From Candidatus Limnocylindria bacterium (GTDB lineage: Bacteria > Chloroflexota > Limnocylindria > QHBO01): a stretch of DNA of 42,053 nt. Under the pieces are notes generated by a model. That model had not been told where the DNA came from. It made no database searches and was given only the letters and a program-made list of their open reading frames with translations. This document shows, piece by piece, positions 1 through 7,617 of this stretch. A program made the translations under genes and the position numbers. Every line of letters begins with the position of its first letter. The stretch's first letter is position 1. The stretch covers positions 1-42,053 of the forward strand of contig DASWGW010000081.1 in NCBI GenBank assembly GCA_036393435.1, read 5' to 3'.

Positions 1-450
1 GGCCCCGCCCGAGCCGACTCCCGCGCCGGTCGCGATGGCCGCGGCCTGCTCGAGGATGGAGCGCTCGGTGGCGTGGGTGAGCAGCGCCAGCGCCTCCTCG
101 AGCGGGACCCAGCGAACCTCGTCGAACTCGGCGTCGTGCGCGTCCGGTGACCCGCCGGTGGCCCGCATCAGGAAGAAGTGCACCGTCTTGTGGAAGCGCG
201 TCGTCCCGCGCACGAAGAAGTAGCGGATGGCGGTGATGGGAGCCTCGATCTCGACCTCGAGGCCGGTCTCCTCGCGGGTTTCTCGCAGCGCGGTCTCCTC
301 GAGGGTCTCGCCCGAGTCGGGAGTTCCCTTCGGAAGCGCCCACAGCCTGGGGCTGCGCCGATGGACGAGGGCGACCTCTACGTGACCGTCACGGGTCCGG
401 ATGACGACGCCGCCCGCCGAGGTGGCGCGGGCCGTCCGCAGGACCGGCAA
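1..450 (-). CDS. NUDIX hydrolase (C-terminus runs off the left window edge)
   Basis: Own reverse-strand translation (absent from the ORF track because it is open at the edge): LPVLRTARATSAGGVVIRTRDGHVEVALVHRRSPRLWALPKGTPDSGETLEETALRETREETGLEVE... This carries the Nudix box GX5EX7REUXEEXGU. The frame is stop-free to position 1. The only in-frame start candidate is TTG at 448-450. Confidence 0.8.
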   Translation of the reverse strand, partial: MPVLRTARATSAGGVVIRTRDGHVEVALVHRRSPRLWALPKGTPDSGETLEETALRETREETGLEVEIEAPITAIRYFFVRGTTRFHKTVHFFLMRATGGSPDAHDAEFDEVRWVPLEEALALLTHATERSILEQAAAIATGAGVGSGGA

Positions 451-821
451 CGCTGCGCCGCTACGCGCGGCGGCCGCGCGAAAGCCCGAATGGAAGGGCG
501 GTACGACGGGCCGGAAGGCGCCTGGCGCGGCCGACTGCCGGGAATCGGAAGCGGCTGGTCTGCGTGCGAAGTGCGCCGATCGTGGCCGGTGACCCTCGGC
601 GCCGGCTGCGGTGGTAGACCGTCGGCACGGTTCGGAGGCCGAGCCAGGCCCGGTGACCCGAACGCCGAGCGGAGCCGAAGTGGACGGCGGGATGACTGAC
701 GAAACGGGCCACGAGACTCACGCGCATGGCAGGCATTGTACGCCCGATGCATGGCCGCGCAAGCCATCTGCGCTGGTGGGAATGGGGCGCTGCGGGTCGG
801 TCCGGAGCCCTCCGCCGAGAG

Positions 822-2015
822 TCAGCGCGCGATCGCGCGATACAGCGACTCGACCTGCTCCACGCGCCGCTCGACGGCGAACCCTGCCGCGTCGGCGCGC
901 GCGCGGGCAGCCATCGAGCCGCGGGTCGCATCGTCTCGCGCCATCTCCTCGAGGGCCGCGGCGAGCCGCTCCACCCGGGTCTCGGCCGGGTCCGCGGGCA
1001 GGATCCGGCCGTCGACGCCATCACGCACCGAGTCGCGCACGCCGGGCCCCTCCACGGCCAGCGCGGGCAGTCCCGCCGCGAGCGCCTCGGCCAGCACCAG
1101 GCCCTGGGTCTCGGTCTGCGAGGCGAAGACGAAGAGGTCGGCCCCCGCCAGCGTCGCGAGCGCCTCCGGCCGCGGCAGCTGCCCGGTGAGGCGCACCCTG
1201 CCCGCGAGCGTCGGGGTCTCGGCCCGCTCGCGGAGCTCGGCCTCCATCGGCCCGCCGCCGATGAGCAGAAGCCGCAGGTCCCGCCGCTCGCGTGCGGCGA
1301 TTTCAAAGGCCTCGAGGATCGTCAGCGGGCTCTTCTCCGACGCGAGCCGGCCCAGGCTGGCCACGACGAGGGTGTCGGGCGCCCATCCCGCGATCGGGCG
1401 CGAGTCGATCGGGCGGCGCGCCTGGATGCCGGCGACGTCGACGCCGGTCGGGATGACGACGACGCGCCGCCGGGCGTGGCGCGGCAGACGTAGGCGGATC
1501 TCCTCGGCGAGCTCGGTCGACGGGGCGATGATCGCCGCTGAGCCGAGCCAGAAGCGGCGAATGAACGCGCCGCTGAGCACGGCTCCCAGGCGGCCGAAGG
1601 GACCGAGGTAGTGGCTGTAGTCGTCGAACCGCGTGTGGTGGGTGAAGGCGAGCGGTCGCCCGGCGGCCCGCGCCAGGCGTCGCGCCATGAGCCCGGTCAC
1701 GAACGGCGAGTGCGCGTGGACGATGTCCGGGGCGAAGCGGCCGGCCTCGGCGAGGGCCGGATCGGCGGGATTCGGCACCGGCATCCGGTACCCCGGCGGG
1801 GCGACGCGCGGAAGCTGGTACGAGGCGAGCCACGCGTACTGCGGCTCCGGGCCCGGCGACCCGACATCCTCGACGGCGGCCCCCGGAGCGGGCCGTGGGG
1901 CGAGGACCATGACCCGGTGGCCGCGAGCGCCCAGCCCTCGTGCCAGCGCGTCGACGGAGACGGTCACGCCCGACACGTAGGGCAGGTAGGACTCGGACGT
2001 CAGGAGGATCCGCAT
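822..2015 (-). CDS. GT4-family (group 1) glycosyltransferase
   Basis: 397-aa ORF. N-terminus MRILLTSESYLPYVSGVTVSV and the C-terminal EX7E region FVFASQTETQGLVLAEALAAGLP are typical of GT-B group 1 transferases. The ATG at 2015 lies 19 nt below the tRNA-Val 3' end and has no SD. Confidence 0.85.
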   Translation of the reverse strand: MRILLTSESYLPYVSGVTVSVDALARGLGARGHRVMVLAPRPAPGAAVEDVGSPGPEPQYAWLASYQLPRVAPPGYRMPVPNPADPALAEAGRFAPDIVHAHSPFVTGLMARRLARAAGRPLAFTHHTRFDDYSHYLGPFGRLGAVLSGAFIRRFWLGSAAIIAPSTELAEEIRLRLPRHARRRVVVIPTGVDVAGIQARRPIDSRPIAGWAPDTLVVASLGRLASEKSPLTILEAFEIAARERRDLRLLLIGGGPMEAELRERAETPTLAGRVRLTGQLPRPEALATLAGADLFVFASQTETQGLVLAEALAAGLPALAVEGPGVRDSVRDGVDGRILPADPAETRVERLAAALEEMARDDATRGSMAARARADAAGFAVERRVEQVESLYRAIAR

Positions 2016-2034
2016 CGGTCCGGAGGGAGGGTGA

Positions 2035-2111
<77 letters not shown>

Positions 2112-2125
2112 GTGCGGGAGGCGGA

Positions 2126-2155
2126 AGTATAGCCTCGGGCCTCCTGGCCGATCAA
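2126..2155 (-). promoter_or_regulatory. Candidate sigma-70-type promoter for tRNA-Val
   Basis: Minus strand reads TTGATC-18 nt-TATACT. The -10 ends 14 nt upstream of the tRNA 5' end. Confidence 0.4.
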
Positions 2156-2169
2156 TCGCGGGCGAGGCC

Positions 2170-2421
2170 TCAGCGCGGCGTCACGATGCGGATGATGACC
2201 CCCAGCAGCAGGATGGCCACGAGCGGTGACCAGTCGATCCCGGCGGTCGGCGGCAGGACGCGGCGGATCGGCGCCAGGAGCGGCTCGGTGGCCTGGTAGA
2301 TGAACGCGACGAGCCCCCCGCCGCCCCTGGGGTTGGTCCAGCTCACGACGACGCGCGCGAGGAGCAGGAACCACACGGTGTAGGCCAGGAGCTGGATGAA
2401 GGTGAGGAGGAGCGTGGTCAC
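2170..2421 (-). CDS. yggT: YggT/Ycf19-family small membrane protein (ylmG-like)
   Basis: 83 aa with two hydrophobic helices and the motif LLARVVVSW...ATEPLLAPIRRVLPP. Sits directly after yggS, as in ylmE-ylmG division-associated loci. Confidence 0.85.
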   Translation of the reverse strand: MTTLLLTFIQLLAYTVWFLLLARVVVSWTNPRGGGGLVAFIYQATEPLLAPIRRVLPPTAGIDWSPLVAILLLGVIIRIVTPR

Positions 2422-2440
2422 GCCCGGAGGATAGCAGCCG

Positions 2441-3157
2441 TCAGGCGCGGGGCCCGAAGAGCGCGGTGCCGATGCGGACGAGCGTCGCTCCCTCGGCCGC
2501 GGCGGCCTCCGCGTCCGCGCTCATGCCCATGGAGAGCTCCGGCAGGGCGACCTCCGCATCTGCCTCCAGGCGATCGCGCAGCGCCCGGAGCGCGGCGAAC
2601 GTCTTGCGTGCCTCTGCAGTGCCGGCGCCCATGCGCGCGATGGTCATCAGGCCGACCACGCGCGCCGCTCGAACGTCGCGCAGCGCGTCGGTCAGCTCGC
2701 GCGCGGCCGCGGCCTCGGGGCTCAGTCCGGCCGTGGTCGGCGAGCCGGCCTCGTTGACCTGGAGCAGGAGGCGTGGGCCGAGGCCCTCCTCCGCGGCGAC
2801 GGCGTCGACGCGCCGCAGCAGCTCCACCGAGTCGACCGAGTGGATGGCCGCGAAGGCGCGTACGGCCCGACGGACCTTGTTCGACTGGAGTCGACCGACG
2901 AGGTGCCACTCGGCCTCCGGGAGCGCGGCCACTTTGGGCTCCGCCTCCTGCACCCGGCTCTCGCCCAGGAGCGTGAGGCCTGCGTCCAGCGCCGCGCGGG
3001 CGACCTCGATCGGCCACGTCTTCGTGATCGCCACGATTCGCAGCCGGGCCGGATCGTGCCCCCCGGCCCCGGCCGCGGCCCGCAGCCGAACCAGGAGTCG
3101 CTCATACCGTTCGGCGATTCGCGCGGCGCTCGGTGGCCCTGCATCGATGATCTCCAC
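2441..3157 (-). CDS. yggS: YggS/YlmE-family PLP-binding protein
   Basis: 238 aa with motifs VAITKTWP (PLP lysine), HLVGRLQSNKV, LSMGMSADAEAA and VRIGTALFG. GTG start at 3157. Confidence 0.9.
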   Translation of the reverse strand: MEIIDAGPPSAARIAERYERLLVRLRAAAGAGGHDPARLRIVAITKTWPIEVARAALDAGLTLLGESRVQEAEPKVAALPEAEWHLVGRLQSNKVRRAVRAFAAIHSVDSVELLRRVDAVAAEEGLGPRLLLQVNEAGSPTTAGLSPEAAAARELTDALRDVRAARVVGLMTIARMGAGTAEARKTFAALRALRDRLEADAEVALPELSMGMSADAEAAAAEGATLVRIGTALFGPRA

Positions 3158-3467
3158 GTGACCTATCGTGACAGCCTGAGCGCCGCGGCCTTCGCCAGAT
3201 TCATCTCACAGCCGCACTAACCGCGTCCGGCGGGTCTTTGCCGGTCGGCCTGCACGGCGAGTGCCGCATATGTCAACGGGGGGTCAGATTCGACGCGTAA
3301 CGCCGCTACCGTATGAATCTGTCAAGAAGCCAACAGACAGGCAGCGATCGTCGAACGCCAGACGACCGAATTCACACGGAGCGTGCGTTACGCGGGCTTT
3401 CCGCTCCCGGGAGCGGCGGAATTCACGCCTCCTGTGAATCGGAGCGCTCCGTCGGCGGCTGACCGTG

Positions 3468-3502
3468 GATAACGGTCGCCTGGTGTGAATCCGAACGGTT
3501 CG
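3468..3502. repeat. Copy A of a ~35-nt noncoding element (partner at 20001-20035)
   Basis: GATAACGGTCGCCTGGTGTGAATCCGAACGGTTCG aligned against copy B gives 27/35 identities, including a 13-nt exact core GCCTGGTGTGAAT, in the same orientation. It overlaps a DnaA-box-like TTATCCACG (reverse of 3464-3472). Confidence 0.7.
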
Positions 3503-3540
3503 TCGGTGAATCGCATGATCCGGCCTCATCGATGCGCAGA

Positions 3541-3570
3541 GAAGAGCCCCGGCGCGTGCCGGGGCTCTTC
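3541..3570 (-). terminator. Stem-loop terminator candidate downstream of ftsZ
   Basis: Perfect 13-bp stem GAAGAGCCCCGGC / GCCGGGGCTCTTC with a 4-nt loop, 33 nt past the ftsZ stop. The tail on the minus strand is only TCTGCG (weak U-tract). A smaller hairpin, GCGGGC-gcc-GCCCGC, precedes it. Confidence 0.6.
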
Positions 3571-3602
3571 GGTACTGGAAGCGGGCGGCGCCCGCATCGG
3601 TC

Positions 3603-4859
3603 TCAGCTCTTGCTCTTGCGCAGGAAGCTCGGGATGTCGAGGTCCGTCTCGCCGTACGAGGGCCGCTCGAGTGAGCGAACGGGCAGCGGGGTGCGCTCGC
3701 TCGGACGGCGCTCGGCCGCCTCGCGGTCGCGGTCGCGCTCGCCGGGCCGCGCGAAGGGCGACTCGCTCCCCATCTGGTCCTCGAGGGTCTGGCGCTGCTC
3801 TCGATCGCGCTCGATCTCGGCCAGGATCTCGCGGCTCCGGTCGTCGAGGCTCTGCTCGACGCCGATCGCCGACTCCGCGCCGTATCGGCTCCCCTGCTTC
3901 AGCTTCTTGTTCGAGTCGAAGCCGGTGGCGATGACCGTGACCTTCACCTCGTCGCGCATGCGGTCGTCAATCACGGTGCCGAAGATGATGTTCGCCTCGG
4001 GATCGGCGGCCTCCTTGATCACCTCCGCCGCCTCGTTGACCTCGAACAGGCCGAGGTCGGAGCCGCCGGTGACGTTGAAGAGGATGCCGCGCGCGCCGGT
4101 GATGTTGATCTCGAGGAGCGGGCTCATGACCGCCGCCCTGGCCGCCTCGACGGCCCGGTTCTCGCCGGTGCCGGTGCCGATGCCCATCATCGAGCTACCC
4201 GCCTCGCGCATGATCGTCTTCACGTCCGCGAAGTCGAGGTTGATGAGGCCCGGGACGGTTATGAGGTCGCTGATGCCCTGGACGCCCTGGCGCAGGACGT
4301 CGTCCACCACCCGGAAGGCGTCGAGGATGGAGGTCTTCTTGTCGACGACCTCGCGCAGCCGGTCGTTGGGGATGGTGATGAGCGTGTCGAGCTTGTCCTT
4401 GAGCAGCTCCGTGTACTGCTCGGCGACCAGCTTGCGGCGCATGCCCTCGAAGCTGAACGGCTTGGTGACCACGGCGACGGTGAGGCTCCCGAGGTCCTTG
4501 GCGATCTCCGCGATGACCGGCGCCGCGCCCGATCCCGTCCCGCCGCCCATGCCGGCGGTGATGAAGATCATGTCGGCGTCCTTGAGCGCCTCGTAGATCT
4601 TCTCCGAGTCCTCCTCCGCGGCGCGCTGGCCGACCAGCGGGTCCGCGCCGGCACCCAGGCCGCGCGTCATCTTGTCGCCGATCCGAATCTTGTGCGGCGC
4701 GTCGCTCTGCAGTAGCGCCTGGGCATCGGTGTTCACGGCGATGAACTCGACGCCCATCATCTCGGCGCGGATCATCCGGTTGACGGCGTTGCTGCCACCG
4801 CCGCCGATGCCGATGACCTTGATGAGGGCGAAGTTCTCGGAGTCCGATCTGAGCGGCAT
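3603..4859 (-). CDS. ftsZ: Cell division GTPase FtsZ
   Basis: 418 aa with [13 protein letters not shown], the tubulin signature [24 protein letters not shown], and the conserved C-terminal peptide [10 protein letters not shown]. Confidence 0.98.
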   Translation of the reverse strand: MPLRSDSENFALIKVIGIGGGGSNAVNRMIRAEMMGVEFIAVNTDAQALLQSDAPHKIRIGDKMTRGLGAGADPLVGQRAAEEDSEKIYEALKDADMIFITAGMGGGTGSGAAPVIAEIAKDLGSLTVAVVTKPFSFEGMRRKLVAEQYTELLKDKLDTLITIPNDRLREVVDKKTSILDAFRVVDDVLRQGVQGISDLITVPGLINLDFADVKTIMREAGSSMMGIGTGTGENRAVEAARAAVMSPLLEINITGARGILFNVTGGSDLGLFEVNEAAEVIKEAADPEANIIFGTVIDDRMRDEVKVTVIATGFDSNKKLKQGSRYGAESAIGVEQSLDDRSREILAEIERDREQRQTLEDQMGSESPFARPGERDRDREAAERRPSERTPLPVRSLERPSYGETDLDIPSFLRKSKS

Positions 4860-4951
4860 CTCGGGTCATTCCTCTGCACGGGTGGAGGGTGGAACCCGAC
4901 GCTCGACGGGTTTGATCGATGATACCGAGCGCCGGGTCGCCGAGGTGGGCG

Positions 4952-5005
4952 TTTTCCACATCTCGGCGCGGAGTTGTCCACGCATCGGCGGGCGACGGTG
5001 GACAG
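4952..5005. promoter_or_regulatory. Three DnaA-box-like 9-mers in the ftsA-ftsZ spacer
   Basis: TTTTCCACA (4952-4960), TTGTCCACG (4974-4982) and GGTGGACAG (4997-5005, reverse CTGTCCACC). Each is 7-8/9 to TTATCCACA or the high-GC variant TTGTCCACA. All lie within 54 nt, upstream of ftsZ. Confidence 0.4.
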
Positions 5006-5024
5006 ATGCGGCGTCTATCGACAG

Positions 5025-6266
5025 CTAACCCGGGAACAGGTTGCGGATCCAGTCGCCGACGCGCGACACCCCGCCGCCGACGCCGTTGCGCCCGCCGCCA
5101 TAGGCGATGGGGTCCTCGCCGACGTGGTTCGCGCCCCACAGCAGCAGGCCGATCGAGGTGCTGAAGGCCGGGTTGCCGATCTGGTCCATGAGCCCGCCCG
5201 CTCCCTGCGGCGAGCCGACGCGGACCGGCATGTCGAGCGTCTCGCGCGCCAGCACCTCCACGCCCGCCAGGCGGGCCCCACCCCCGGTGAGCACGGCACC
5301 GGCCGGCAGCATCCCGGCGTGCCCGGAGCGCTTCACCTCCTCGCGGATGAGGGTGTAGATCTCGCCCATCCGCGCTTCGATGATCTCGGCCAGGCGGCGG
5401 CGCTGGATCGTCTGGCCGGCGGTCTCGCCCAGGACGGCGACGTTGAGCAGCTCCTCCGGCTCCACCTCGGCGAGGTTCGCGCTGCCGTGCTTGATCTTGA
5501 TCTCCTCCGCCAGGTTGAGGCTCGTGCGCAGGCCGATGGCGACGTCGTTCGTGACGTTGATCCCGCCGACCGGCAGGACCGCGCTGTGGTACACCGCGCC
5601 GTCCACGAAGATGGCGATGTCCGTGGTGCCGCCGCCGATGTCGGCGACCAGCACGCCGAGCTCCTTCTCCGTATCGGTCAGCACCGCCTCGGCGGCCGCC
5701 AGGGAGCTGATGACGAGCTCGTCGATCTGCACGCCCGAGTTCGTCACGCATTTCGACAGGTTCTGGACCGATGTGGCCGCCCCGGCCACGATGTGCGTCT
5801 CGACCTCGAGCCGCACCGCGCTCATGCCGAGCGGATCCTTGATCCCCTCCTGCCCGTCGACGATGTAGCCGCGCGGCACGACGTGGAGCATCTCGCGGTT
5901 CGACGGCACCTGGACCGCCCTGGCCGCCTCCGTGGCGCGCGCGACGTCCTCGCGGCTCACCTCGCGCTTGTGGCCCGAGACCGCGACGACCCCGCGCGAG
6001 TTCTGGCTGCTGATGTGGCTGCCGCCGACGGCGACGAACGCGGAGCTGATCTTGTAGCCGGAGAGCCGCTCGGCCTTCTCGACGCTCGACGCGATCGAGT
6101 TCACGGTCTGGTCGATGTTCGCGACCATCCCCTTCCTCATGCCGACCGAGGGCGCGATGCCGTAGCCGATGACGTTCACGTCGCCGGTGCGGCCGACCTC
6201 GCCGATGAGGGTCGTGACCTTCGTGGTGCCGGCGTCGATGCCGACGAGGACCGCTTCGCGTTCCAC
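5025..6266 (-). CDS. ftsA: Cell division protein FtsA (actin-like ATPase)
   Basis: 413 aa with VGIDAGTTKVTTLIGE, VADIGGGTTDIAIF and a C-terminal amphipathic tail VGDWIRNLFPG. GTG start preceded by AGGAGG 4 nt upstream. Confidence 0.95.
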   Translation of the reverse strand: MEREAVLVGIDAGTTKVTTLIGEVGRTGDVNVIGYGIAPSVGMRKGMVANIDQTVNSIASSVEKAERLSGYKISSAFVAVGGSHISSQNSRGVVAVSGHKREVSREDVARATEAARAVQVPSNREMLHVVPRGYIVDGQEGIKDPLGMSAVRLEVETHIVAGAATSVQNLSKCVTNSGVQIDELVISSLAAAEAVLTDTEKELGVLVADIGGGTTDIAIFVDGAVYHSAVLPVGGINVTNDVAIGLRTSLNLAEEIKIKHGSANLAEVEPEELLNVAVLGETAGQTIQRRRLAEIIEARMGEIYTLIREEVKRSGHAGMLPAGAVLTGGGARLAGVEVLARETLDMPVRVGSPQGAGGLMDQIGNPAFSTSIGLLLWGANHVGEDPIAYGGGRNGVGGGVSRVGDWIRNLFPG

Positions 6267-6322
6267 GCTACCTCCTGCTCACCACGGCGCGCCCGGCGTG
6301 GCGCGAACGGATGCGGTCGAGC

Positions 6323-6646
6323 CTACAGGAAGTGACGCCGGATCAGCGCGACGTTCTGGAAGATGCGCAGGCCGAAGGCGAACAGCGCGACGAGGTACAG
6401 GTCGATCCCGAGACGGTCGCCGACGAAGGTCAGGGCTACCGCCACGAGAGCGTTGGTGACGAAGCCCGACACGAAGATCCGGTTGTCGTAGTGCGCGTCC
6501 AGCTCGGCGCGGACGGCCCCGAGCACCGAGTCGAGGCCAGCGAGGATGGCCACCGCCGAGTAGCGCGCGAGGTCCGGGCTGACACTCACGTTGAGCACAA
6601 GTCCGAGCGCGATTCCGAGCGCGAGGCCGACGAGTGGAAGCCACAT
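6323..6646 (-). CDS. sbp: Small basic membrane protein Sbp (DUF1290, YlxX-like)
   Basis: 107 aa after trimming the 282-aa track ORF: MWLPLVGLALGIALG...FVSGFVTNALV...LFAFGLRIFQNVALIRRHFL. This is the same architecture and position (between ftsQ/divIB and ftsA) as Bacillus sbp. Confidence 0.75.
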   Translation of the reverse strand: MWLPLVGLALGIALGLVLNVSVSPDLARYSAVAILAGLDSVLGAVRAELDAHYDNRIFVSGFVTNALVAVALTFVGDRLGIDLYLVALFAFGLRIFQNVALIRRHFL

Positions 6647-6702
6647 GTGGGTCGGTTCCGCAGCGAGCTCGAGGACCGAGGCATCGCGCCCCGGCATGCG
6701 CG

Positions 6703-7617
6703 TCACCCCTTGGCACGGAAATATACCTTTCCGGGGTTGCGGACATCCACCCAGCCGATGTCGGCCTCGGCTCGCGTGGCGAACAGGGTGCGCACGGCTG
6801 CCACCTGGGCGTCGAGGCGAGCCGCCGCCTCGGTCTCGGTCTCCATCGGGTCCAGACCATACGGGCCCAGCGCGACCTGCCATTCCGGGGCGGCCGACAC
6901 GAGACGGAAGCCGTACTCGTCGTCGAGTCGCAGGCTGAGCTGGCTGGCCGCGGAGCCGAGCGCGGCCGGGTCGATCTCGAAGAGGCGCAGCGCGGTGCCG
7001 ACCACTCCGGCCGGGATCACGTCGCCGACGGTGATGAGCCGAGCAACGAAGCGCTCGTCCTGGATCTGCGGAAGCGGCTCGACCCCGGCCGGGAGCGCCT
7101 CGTCGTCCGCCAGGGCGGCGAAGATCGTCCCGTCTGCGGCGCCGAGGAAGCGGCCCGAGGCCGTCTGCCACACGAACGCGACCTCATGCTCGACGACGGT
7201 GGCCTCGATGCGGCCGAGCAGGGTCGCGCTTACGGTGGCCTCACCGACGGCCGGCAGCCCCTCGATCCTGGCCCGGATCGAGGCCGTATCGACGGCCAGC
7301 ACGCTCCGGCCGCGCTGCTCGAGGAGGACGCGCTCGAGATCTGCGGCAGCGGTGTGGTGCTGCCCCGCGAAGGTGACGTCCGTCACGCGCAGCCACGGGC
7401 CGTTGAGCAGCGCCCCGAGCGCCGCCGTCGCGGCGACCGCCCCCAGCACGGCACCCGCCCGCGCCAGCGACGGGAGGTGTGCCGCGATGCGTCGCCGGAG
7501 CGGCTTTCGGGGGCGCTGCGCGCCGCGACTGCGGGCGGCGCCCCGCGCCGGCCGTCGGACGGTGCGGGGCGGCCGCTGCGGCCTGCGCGTCGGTCGGGGC
7601 TGAGGCTTGAGCTTCAT
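6703..7617 (-). CDS. ftsQ: Cell division protein FtsQ/DivIB (POTRA domain)
   Basis: Track ORF 6703..8901 trimmed to the ATG at 7617, which overlaps the ddl stop (ATGA). Arg-rich N-tail, one TM helix (AGAVLGAVAATAALGALL), then LRVTDVTFAGQHHTAAADLERVL... (POTRA-like). Confidence 0.8.
   Translation of the reverse strand: MKLKPQPRPTRRPQRPPRTVRRPARGAARSRGAQRPRKPLRRRIAAHLPSLARAGAVLGAVAATAALGALLNGPWLRVTDVTFAGQHHTAAADLERVLLEQRGRSVLAVDTASIRARIEGLPAVGEATVSATLLGRIEATVVEHEVAFVWQTASGRFLGAADGTIFAALADDEALPAGVEPLPQIQDERFVARLITVGDVIPAGVVGTALRLFEIDPAALGSAASQLSLRLDDEYGFRLVSAAPEWQVALGPYGLDPMETETEAAARLDAQVAAVRTLFATRAEADIGWVDVRNPGKVYFRAKG

Noticed and set aside
451-727. Possible SRP RNA, tmRNA, 6S RNA or ykkC-type riboswitch in the NUDIX upstream gap.
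   Set aside because: Only short chance matches (CCGGAAGG, CGACGGG). There is no domain-IV GGAA/AGCA pairing, no tRNA-like T-arm and no GGUCCGAGAG core. It is kept only as an unassigned leader.
3284-3529. 81-aa ORF on the minus strand in the ftsZ-yggS spacer.
   Set aside because: Third-position G/C is only about 60% by hand count (neighbouring genes about 90%). It is 25% Arg and has no SD. The reading frame is generated by the repeated GATTCAC motifs.
4195-5751. Very long ORFs overlapping or antisense to confident genes. Examples: 4195..5751(-), 4974..6335(+), 7923..9938(+), 13427..15934(+), 23192..25138(+), 27460..29145(-), 29809..31476(+), 32128..33555(+), 34840..36066(-).
   Set aside because: Their products are Arg/Pro/Gly/Ala-rich low-complexity strings typical of shadow frames in high-GC DNA. 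Each overlaps a gene with unambiguous family motifs in another frame.
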